Shown here in pieces: positions 16,101-25,896 of a stretch of DNA of 64,000 nucleotides (position 1 is its first letter; every line of letters begins with the position of its first letter). The translations under genes and the position numbers were made by a program. The DNA is from Raillietiella orientalis (taxonomy: Eukaryota): contig JAYWIR010000003.1 of assembly GCA_036172245.1 (NCBI GenBank), positions 6,572,001-6,636,000 of the forward strand, in the 5' to 3' direction. The notes beneath the pieces are model-generated. The model was not told the origin of the DNA. It made no database searches and was given only the letters and a program-made list of their open reading frames with translations.

Positions 16101-16212
16101 TCAACGTGACATCAATTTACACACACCAAAGGATACAACGCACAGAAATGTTCTTCTCCTTTTCACCTGTAGCCGTGTGTTTATCGGGGCAATTCAAACT
16201 CGCAGTGGACAT
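13120..16212 (-). CDS. SRP68: Signal recognition particle subunit SRP68; 11 exons (16212-16137, 15240-15174, 15098-14985, 14920-14764, 14721-14600, 14548-14362, 14314-14075, 14023-13886, 13844-13690, 13642-13402, 13353-13120)
   Basis: The spliced frame contains [76 protein letters not shown] and PIPCKPMFFDIA, and ends FVKGLWGWTSKK. These are characteristic SRP68 motifs. Confidence 0.95.
15241..16136 (-). other. U12-type (minor spliceosome) GT-AG intron, first intron of SRP68
   Basis: On the minus strand the donor reads GTATCCTTT from 16136. The branch sequence TTCCTTAAC lies at 15255-15247, followed by AGCAAG. Splicing joins ...NISVR-F-LYHIKEAQQQ in frame. Confidence 0.92.
16029..16074. repeat. 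Perfect 12-bp inverted repeat inside the SRP68 U12 intron
   Basis: tcaaaaccggaa (16029-16040) pairs with ttccggttttga (16063-16074). Confidence 0.9.
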
Positions 16213-18903
16213 CTTTGTGATTTCCAAGGATGCTCGAATTTTCCGACCTGCGGTGACTCTACGCGTGCCACATACGTTGCCGCACTGCCAGGTGACGTGC
16301 AGGGCAGCCCGGAAAGAGCCAATGGCCTTTTCGAAAATCCCATAAGCTTGAGTGGGATTTTGTTCTGAGAAAGAGGAAATCGAAAAAAGTAGACATATAC
16401 ACATATGTATTTGATAACGACCCGCGAAATAAAACGAGAATGGAATGAAAATGGAAACCTTCCTCCCTTCCTATACTTACTTGTTTCTAAAACAAGCTCT
16501 CAGATACCAAGCACGTGAATCGTTAGAGCTTTTTTTTTTTTTTTTATGACTGCGCTGCTGTAGAATGCAAATTTGAATTTCAACGTGCTGCAACGCATCG
16601 AATTCTTGTTAATCCAAATATTCAATAAACCGATTCAGTTGGCAGTGGCACTCCGTCCCTCAAGAGATGTAAAGATTTTAAAACTCTGAAGCAAGAAATT
16701 TTGTTTTTTTTAAGCAGGAAAGGAACTTATGTAAAGTAACTTTCATTACTTTATATAAGAAATGGTTCGCCTCGAAGAATGACAATTAGCGTAATACGAG
16801 TAACATTCTTGTACTATGCTTTAGGGATGCAGCAACTGCTCAAGAAACCAAATGGTTGAATTGTGGGAACGGACGAACCAAAAGTAGGGGAAGAGGGAAG
16901 GAGCCACAAACGTGTTCTACTCTGCGATTCGAAAGAGGAAGCTGCCATCCAAGAACGAGCCCAGAGCCTTCTCTACCTTTTAAAGATTTTGTCGTGCAGA
17001 AGTTGACCATGGGTATCTCGTAGTACTTGGAAACCCCAAGCAAGTCAGTTCCGACTGCCCCTCCAACGATGCCACCATCCATTTCGTGTTTAAGCATATG
17101 AATCCTCTATGAACCAACTTGAAGAACGCTTTGAGAGACGTAACAGAAGAAAATTGGCAGTGGGAGCCTTTTTGTCACAATGGGTCAAACGTCTGTTTTG
17201 GAACTATGCTATAAGCCACAGATTTTATACGCAATAGATGCCAATGTCTTAGTATTCGAAGGCTTTTCTTTTTTGCTTTCATGTTATTGCCAACCAATAT
17301 CACTGGTCCGGCTAAGTGAGTCGATTCAGGCTAGCGAGCAAGTCTCTTAGGGAGAAAGTGACAACGTGAAAAATTTCTCAGGGACCAGTCAAAAAAATGA
17401 TTCCAGTCGCACGTTCCCCATCCCTTCCGCAAAAGGCATTCAGTTGCCTACGAAGTCAGAAGGGAATGAAGAAGCATTTCTCCTTACAAGCATAACTCAG
17501 ATTTGGATCATAAGTCACAAGCATGAATTTGAAGCGAAATGTGTACGGAGGATTTAGGTTTGGATAGCTGCAAAAAAGTTTCTTCACAGCTTCGTACTCT
17601 TTATTAAAAGTGTCTGCTTTCCTTTTTTTTTTTTTTTACGAATTCAAGGGTTACTTGAAAGCATCCTTTGCCTTTGGAGGACTTAAAACTAACCGATGAC
17701 GCAGAATTGGTAGGCGTTTGCTACTCCTGTGTTAAGGAAGAGCTTCTGAAAGACATACAAGGTTTCTTCACAAAGATTGAGAAGAGGGGAGGAGGGGGGG
17801 GGGAATGCAAAAAGTGTGGAATTTTCGACCGTTCTTTAGTGTTCTCAAGAAACCTGCGAACATTTTTTCGCTTTTGCAGACGACCTAACGGATCTTTTCG
17901 CAAATGGGGACGATCGAGAAAGCACTGCAGCCTCTGAATGAAGGCTGCGTGCTATTTGAGTACTTTAGGAAAAAGCATGAGGTGCCAATCTTAATGCCGA
18001 TATTCCTGAACCGATGCATTCGACGTTTGGTTGAAGTAGTGACAGTGAACTTGAAGATTCGTGTATTTGGATACACCCAAACTAAACAATCTAGAGATTC
18101 ATCCCATTCAGGAAACACCAAAAAAAAAAAAAACAGAACGCCAGCGGGAGAAACAGATTGCAGTACAAACTCATCTGCAAACACACGGAAGTCAACCCTG
18201 AAGAGTGGTACACAGCAAACACAGCCAGAGATTTCTGCTGCTGGCACCGCAAAGCGACGAGCCCCAAGGCCGGCCAGAGATTTTGGTTCCCGACCAAGCC
18301 GGTCACACAGATGCTGGGAACTTCAACGATTACATCTGCACAAACGTTTATGCCCCACCAGGTTTCATGATAAAAAATCCTCTCCAACAGAAAAAAAAAA
18401 AAAAAAAACTTTATTTTTTCGAGGTGTTTCCATATTAAAAAATACGAAAGTTCTTCATTATTCACTTTCGCAGAGCTAAACACCCTTTGTTTAACTATTT
18501 TTGCTGCCTCAGCAGAATTTACAAGTCAGCTTTCTTCAAATGATGTGTCAAACTCAGATAAACACATGTATACTGGACCTGCTATTTTACGAACTTTAGA
18601 ATGATTACTGATGCGTACTCTCGCAAATCAATATCGACATGAACGTATATAAATACTTTTTCTGAAAAAACAGGAACCAACAGCAGAATACAGAAATATT
18701 AAATATCAACAGACTAGATTAGTGAAATGATAATTAACAAAATTAAATGATGCTACCATTCTAAGGAACGTTTTCTATGGCTTAAGATTACAATGAATGT
18801 ACACAACAGCTTAACACAATTTTGTTAAAATGGTTCATTGTAAAGAATTGGGGTTTTCAAAACATTTTAATTCAGTGTTGATTTGCATTTCAACTTCAAA
18901 AAA

Positions 18904-20211
18904 CTATTCTACATTGTGGAAGTCTGGTTTTCCATCAATGATATTGAACTGGAGTTCATTTTTAAACACTGCTGGAGCATTGGCTGCATCTTTTCCTCCA
19001 CAGTTTGCCAAAAATTCAGGCAGATCGCCCAAGTTTTCTTGCATTTTGATGCAACTATCTGAATTGATCTCATCCTCCTTGTCTTTTTGAGCTAAAGACT
19101 TAGATAGAATCTTATCATGTTCTTCTCCAGAGAGTAACTCCAGTGCTGTATTCCCATCAGCACCACAGTCCCTTGTTTCTGGAGAAGTTATTGAATCACT
19201 GTTGTTTTCAAGCTTTAGTTCCTCAATATCCATTGCCTCTAATGACTGGGTTGAATAATTTAGGCTATCACCGGAGTTTCTGCATGTGTTTTTTATGTCA
19301 GTATTGCTAGCTGGTAGTTCATCTCCCAGATACCCCAAGGCATTGGGATGGTCATTGGCAGATTGCAATAATCCATCCCTGCAATAAATTTCACCTGCAA
19401 CATCTTGGTTATACTGCAATTCGGAAGATTCCATTTTCTCTGAATTATTACTCAAGTGAGTTTCTGATGACCCAGACGTTGGGATATCTTGTGCATGTTC
19501 ACCCCATGTTAAGGGTTCCTCATTTTGTGTTACACATACTTGGTTTTCTGCATCTGTATCAACCAATTTTGTCTCATTTGCTACATCTGTTTTATTATCT
19601 ATGATGTTCTCTTTTCCAATTGCTTCAAGCATGTCTAATGCATTTTGGATTTTCATAATGAGGTTCTTTCTAAACATACGAATCTGTTCATTCCCAGCTG
19701 GGTCAATTTTATCTAATTCAATCATATTTTGTGTCAGCATTTCATCCAAGTAACGGTAGCTTTTGTCCTTATATGTTCCTTTAAAATTAGCAACGTCTTG
19801 ACTTAAAGTGTTTATCTGCTGCTCATAATGATTTAATCTTTGCATTACTTTTACTTCATCTTTCGTATCTTTTTTAGAATCATCATGAAATGAATCTGGT
19901 TTGGATACGGAAGAATCATCGTGAACGTTTTTGACTTTACTCCTTGTTACAGTATTATTACCCTTTTCGATATTAATTGGTATGAGGCGAACAGACTCGG
20001 ATGTTTTGGTAGGTTGGTGAACTGGAACAACCTTAGGTTCCACATGAGTTTTTAAAACAGATTTCTGAGGTAATGTTTCCTTTTCAGTATGCAAACGATT
20101 TGCGGTACTATTGACATAGGGACTACATGGGGGCCTTGGAACATCACCTTCAATCTGAATCGGGATTATCCTTTCCCTAGGGCATTCAGTCATATCATTA
20201 GATTTTTCCAT
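18904..20211 (-). CDS. BAG-domain Hsp70 co-chaperone, BAG3/Starvin-like, 435 aa single coding exon (upstream exon probably untranslated)
   Basis: Uninterrupted 435-aa ORF in AT-rich DNA. It contains a BAG domain (FKGTYKDKSYRYLDEMLTQNMIELDKIDPAGNEQIRMFRKNLIMKIQNALDMLE) and IPV-like motifs (RIIPIQIE, KVVPVH, RLIPINIE). The ATG directly follows a ttcctacag acceptor. Confidence 0.88.
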   Translation of the reverse strand: MEKSNDMTECPRERIIPIQIEGDVPRPPCSPYVNSTANRLHTEKETLPQKSVLKTHVEPKVVPVHQPTKTSESVRLIPINIEKGNNTVTRSKVKNVHDDSSVSKPDSFHDDSKKDTKDEVKVMQRLNHYEQQINTLSQDVANFKGTYKDKSYRYLDEMLTQNMIELDKIDPAGNEQIRMFRKNLIMKIQNALDMLEAIGKENIIDNKTDVANETKLVDTDAENQVCVTQNEEPLTWGEHAQDIPTSGSSETHLSNNSEKMESSELQYNQDVAGEIYCRDGLLQSANDHPNALGYLGDELPASNTDIKNTCRNSGDSLNYSTQSLEAMDIEELKLENNSDSITSPETRDCGADGNTALELLSGEEHDKILSKSLAQKDKEDEINSDSCIKMQENLGDLPEFLANCGGKDAANAPAVFKNELQFNIIDGKPDFHNVE

Positions 20212-21343
20212 CTGTAGGAATCTTTTGAATTCAACTCAATTTTTTATTTCCTATATAAAAAATCACTTTCAGATTTTTAGTTGACACCAAACATCATTTG
20301 TAAGAAACAGAAGCTCAACCTTTTGTGTCAATGTTTTTCCACTTGAAAACTTCTTCTAAAACACAAACGAACAATTAATGCATACAAGCGTGGCATAATC
20401 CACTCTAGGCACAAAAGTAATAATCAACATACGTGGAACACAAAAAAAAATGTCTTGCATTTACGAAAGCAGCACTTCGACGTGTATTTCGGTGAAAATC
20501 ACAAAATTTAGGAAGCCATTACTCGCACCTCCGCAAATCATCCATGCGCCTTTCCAAGTTGCTAAACAAGCACGAAGAATTTGCCAAAGCAGCCCAACTA
20601 CGGAAATAACATGGTAATTTTGACACGCTTTTTTTCTTTTTCTGCTGAGAATGCCCCCACCACATGAGAAAATTAATGTGTGCAACCCATATTTGAACAG
20701 GAATATTTTTTTTTTTTCCGTTACACTTGATGCTGCAGCTATCACTTCTTCGGGTGGATTACGGTCACCGTTTTTCGCAAGCATCAATTATTAGAATTAT
20801 TGAAATGATCCTCTTCCATCAATTACTGATGGAATCCTTCGAAAATATTGCTCATCTGAAGATGAGTGCCTGTTGATTTATTTCTAATAAAATTTGTTTC
20901 CAATCATGTTTTTCTGTCGAGCATTATTGCTGTGGTTAATGTTTGACGTATTATACATTTGCGTGTTCTCACGAAATGTATAATGCATCAAACATTGGCA
21001 AACATAATGCTTACTTCGTTTTCATTTATGTGTTCTCAATCTACCTTCACTTCAGTAATTAACTCTTCACTTCAATCAACTGATCGCTTCCATTTTGTAT
21101 ATTCAAATCATCTCGACTTCCACAGCAAAAAAATATTGGATGTGATTTTCGAAACTAAGAATCCCCCCAAAAAAATCTCATTACATTTCAGTTCCTCATT
21201 GCGGCGTCGAGTGAAAGCCAAAGTGAAAACTGTATTATAATTCGTTCTGAAAATGTGATTTCAGAAATTTTGAAGAAACAAAAAACAAAAAGGTTCCGAC
21301 AAAAAACGAAAAGGTTACCCTTTCGTTTTAAGTCGGAACTGTT

Positions 21344-21377
21344 TTTGTAGAAATATTTAGTTTGTAGAAATATTTAG
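21344..21377. repeat. 17-bp perfect tandem duplication
   Basis: tttgtagaaatatttag occurs twice in tandem. Confidence 0.9.
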
Positions 21378-23441
21378 TATTTCTTGTTTTAAGCACAACT
21401 GAAAGGTTTCATAGTTTCTAAAATTTTTAAAGAAAAGTTCACATGAAAAAGTTTGTGAGACTGATATGAAACTAAAACATAAAACTGACATCTGTAAACA
21501 TGTATTTCTTCCAGATTTATATACTATCATGAAAGCTCTAATAGGTAAGTGAGAGTTAACTTGGTTTACTAGTGAATTATTTAAGGAATATTAGGAAATT
21601 TATTTTAGTGTTCCATAAAAAACTCTCCTATCTAGGCATCTGCTTTCTAAAATGCTAATCTTCCCTATTAAATACTCGTATGAAAAATCTAAGTGAAGGG
21701 AATGATATTTACATTTAGATAGTGGACTGTCTACCATCGGAATTTATAAAGGCAAAAATGATTCATTTATTGATATGAAATTTCCGCTCCTATTCTGATA
21801 CTCCTGAATATTTTCTGAGGCGTTTTTTGAAATACTTGTGCATGTGTTCATGATCGACAAGAAAGTTTTGGTCGCAGTTCTTTGTGTGCCTTATTTCCTT
21901 GTGTGCGTCATGTATAATGGACGACTACTTTGGTAATTTAATATCAGTCCAAATTAATTTGCTTACAGTTCTAAAGGCACTAATTTCCAAAACGTCAAAG
22001 CTGACATATAATGTATATCGTTTTAATTTTATCATAAATAGAACTTCGTACCTCTTTCTGGATCCTTCCTAATTCCTGCTCAGTATACAATTATGTTCAT
22101 ACATTGTTTAGAGTGAAAAATTCCAAATTTTTTGATTTCATCTGATGGTATGAAAAGTTGATTTACCAGATGAAATGAAAATTCCCTTGATGTTATTGTG
22201 AGGTTCAGGCATTCAGCAATTTAAGTATAAATTGCTGGAAAGATTACAGCCATCAAATCAATGGGACAGTTGATGTATGATGGGCTTATAAATTACTGTT
22301 GCCATGTTCATCAATTTACTGTGAGCCTATTTGTGGTATTTTATTCGTGAATCTGAGACTCGGGGTTTTCGTTTCTCAAAATTCTTGAGTATAGTCAAAT
22401 AGTGATGTAAGTGTTTAAAGAATGTTTATTATACAAGTGACGTGAACCTTTATTCTATTGAATTTGTAGCTGGCCCTAAGTTTGTTTTGGGTAACTTCCC
22501 CTAAGCTGAACACGTTTGGGGAGACTGATGGATGCTTTGCTTGATTTTTTACTTTTTCAGCTACTAGTCTCAAGGTATTTTTTTTAGATTCTTTTAGAGC
22601 ATTTCAGATAATTTTTCGGTGAAGTTAGTCTCAATCTTTGTTATGGTATTTCACTGTTTATAACTTTTTTGAGAGAAAATAAAAATTCCCCAAAATTACT
22701 GTTGGGCAGTTTGCTTTTTGTTTTTTCACTTCACGATTGTGATTTTTTTGTCCGTGATATTAAATGATAGCTTTTAGAATCAAATTAAAAATCAGAACCT
22801 GTTTCAACTATTGAGATATTTTGGAACATTTCTTATTAATTGCTGTTATAAGTTTTAATTCTGTAAAATCTTTTTGTTTCGAATTTCTTTTACATTAGGA
22901 TGCTGAGGAAAGACTGACCTTTTCTACTTCTTTAGGAGCTACAGGATAAAATTTTCATCTAATAATTCTAAATAGATTTCTCAAAGATTGTTGAGTGGTC
23001 AGTCTTGTCATTTTTCTTGTCATTTAAATTAAGCTAGAAAACACCAAGAATCTTATTCCCATGACTTCATCCTTCAACCAAGAATTCTGTATTGGAAATG
23101 TAATTGTGTTTTTTGCAATGGCTCACCATAATCTTTACTATGCTGCATTAATAGAGTGAGCAGTTACTTCTTTACAGTGCAAATACATGTGCATCATGCA
23201 ACATTAGTCAAAACGTAAATGAAACTAACCTTCACTCCCATTTAGTTAATGAATAAACTATTGTTGGACATTAGAAAGAGTTTTGGAAAAATATTGTAGA
23301 ATGCATGTTTTGGAAATTTGTTTAAGATTTAACAAAGCATTAAGTTTTAGCAAACCTTCAAATACGATTACACAACATGAAATTATTAATAAATGTAATG
23401 ATTTGTGAGTGCTGTGGATAAAAGAGTAAAGAACACTCCAG

Positions 23442-25896
23442 ATGGATGTGGGGCCCCAGAATTCAGTAGTACATGTTGTACCCTCGCCATATCAGCCTTC
23501 AAAGAATGGCATCAAAGGTAAACTTGTGTATTTTAAATGGATTCTTTCCTTTAAAAATTCAAATGTGATATGTTCTGGATAATTTCTGAGTTTGCATGTC
23601 AACCCCTTATTGAGGAGTACGAACTGTTTTATAGTGCAGTCTCCATGTATACATTGTAAGTCAATGTGTGTAATTTTAGATGCTGAATTTGGCATGTATA
23701 TTGTGAACAGCATAACCTCATTACATCATCCAGTATATCGAAAACTGGTGAATGAATCAAATGGGATTTTCCTGAGCTTGCAGGGATTGATGCAGAATCC
23801 GTGTGCTGGGTTTTCCCCACAATCTCAACTTTTAAAAAGCAGCCGTCAATATAGGTTTGAAGACTTTATTCAATTGTGTTAGGCAGTTGTTGGGTTGAAA
23901 TTTTTTTTAGATCTGTAGTTAAAGCATACATGGAAGAATTAAATTCTATGATGGAAAAATCGAGCACAGATGCCGAGAAAAAACAATACTTTCTTCTTAG
24001 TGAATTATTATATAAACTTGAATTAATTTGGAATTTATGTGAAATTATATTTATTGATCAGCAACCAGCAGGAACTTTTTTGGCACAGCTACTTGACTGG
24101 ATCAGGTGGCACTTTCCTCATTGTAAACATTTAACTATGGAAGTCTTGAAGTCTGGCAATGGATATAAGCACGCTTCCTATTGGCATGCGGTAATTGTTT
24201 CCGTTGACAGGAATTGTAATTGTAGATTTGCAGGTTTATGGCCTTTGTGCTCAAGGACAAATGAAAGAGGCTTGCCAGCTGTTGGAACTGCATCCATCTT
24301 TCGATTCCGCTCCATTTCAGAGAATGTACGAATTGCTTCTAAAAATGCCTATATATGGAGTGAGGATAATAATTGTACATATTGTTTTAACATCCTGCCA
24401 CAGAATTGCATAGGACAGCAAGTGTCTTCATTCAGTTTTCGTTGGAATCATTGGCAGAGCCAGTGCATTCGGTATTCTGATATTGGTGAATTCCTCTCTG
24501 TTCCTGAATTAGAAACTTTATGTCAGGTAGATGATGATGTGTTACTTCTGGTTGTGCATTTTACATTAGATATTATGTGGGGAGGAGCAGACACTTCTAA
24601 AAATACCAGAAGTCTTAGGTACATGGTGCCAGTACCTTGTAGCGTATTTATTATTTACACAACCTACTGTCCAATGCTCTGCATTGGGAGACATTGCAGA
24701 AGAAGCCTTGCAGACTTTCATTCCTGATCCAGATCAGAGAACAACATTGGACAACATATTGCTTGAAGCAATGCAGTTCAGCATTTTGCAGGTTATTTAC
24801 ACTTTACAATATCATAACAACTGAGATTTCATAGCTAATTAAGAAGCTTCAGTTGTCTTTAGACAATTGCTGGTTCAGTGCCCACCTGACGGATCTCTTG
24901 TGGCATGTAGATGAAATTGCAAATGATAAACAGAGGTGAGAGTTAAAATTCGGGCGAGCATGTCAGATGTATACTATTTAGCTTGCTTGCTGATCTCCGA
25001 GAGTTCCTGCTACTGGAATATGCCTCCTGGCTCATGACAGAAGATAGTCTTTGGCAGGTAGCCGTGGATTATTTGGATCATTGCCCAAAGTTTGGTCTAG
25101 CCCATTTGGAATCATATTTAGAGCACTTGCCCATACAGCATGCCTTCAAAGCAAATAAAATTATCCATGTTGCATTAAAAAGGAATCTTGAGAGTACTGG
25201 TTTGTAAATGTTGCTTTAATTTATTTATTTCTTCTGATTTGGACTTCAATTTTGTATAGCTATAACTATCAGCAGAATCATGAGCAGAAGAGCTCTTCAA
25301 AATCATGATCTGGGGACAGCCCTCGCATGGTCTCTTCGAGCCAATGATGGGACATCTGCCACATTTTTAGCAGATTGCCTTCTTGAAAAATTTTTGGAAA
25401 GTGGAGATCGTAGCATTTTTAGCATCTTGGATGCAATTGATTCATCCCTCTTTGTTAGTGATCAACTTGTATTCTTAAGTGAGCATAGCAAGACTTTAAC
25501 ATATACCGTTCTCTCAGGCAAATATCGTGAGTTCCAGGTGTTGTGTCTCAAAGGCGAGTCCAAGGCAGCATCAGATCTGCTCGTGAATCTGTTGACATCT
25601 AGACTGGCATCAAAGAAGTACGTTTCTGGTTTTGCTTTTGTTTGAGGTTTATTGCACCTTTGACACACAGGTTGTACTTTCAACTGCTTCACGATGCTTT
25701 GCCTCTTCTTCAAGAGGCTCCACCAGTGATGGAAAACAAACAGCCACGAGAGCTGCTATGTGTTTTTCATGATTTGCTGGATGAGTGCCAGTCAGAACTT
25801 CGAGAACGGGAAGATCTTATCCACCTTACGCTTTTACATTGTAATGTCGGTGCTGTTCTCAGCGGTGATTCAGTCAAGCCCCAAGAGCCACAGTGA
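23442..25896 (+). CDS. NUP85: Nucleoporin NUP85 (Y-complex), at least 11 exons; the true 5' end may lie further upstream (see findings)
   Basis: The spliced frame gives YRKLVNESNGIFLSLQ, LELIWNLCEIIFI, LLDWIRWH, WFSAHLTDLL, LREFLLLEYA, SLWQVAVDYLDHCP, LGTALAWSLRA, FLSKYREF and LLHDALPLL. Short GT-AG introns restore the frame at each ORF break. Confidence 0.93.

Noticed and set aside
17650..18440. Coding-like stretch including NVYAP, suggestive of a LINE endonuclease
   Set aside because: The motif order is wrong (the GDFN-like motif precedes NVYAP), the frames do not join and no RT is seen.
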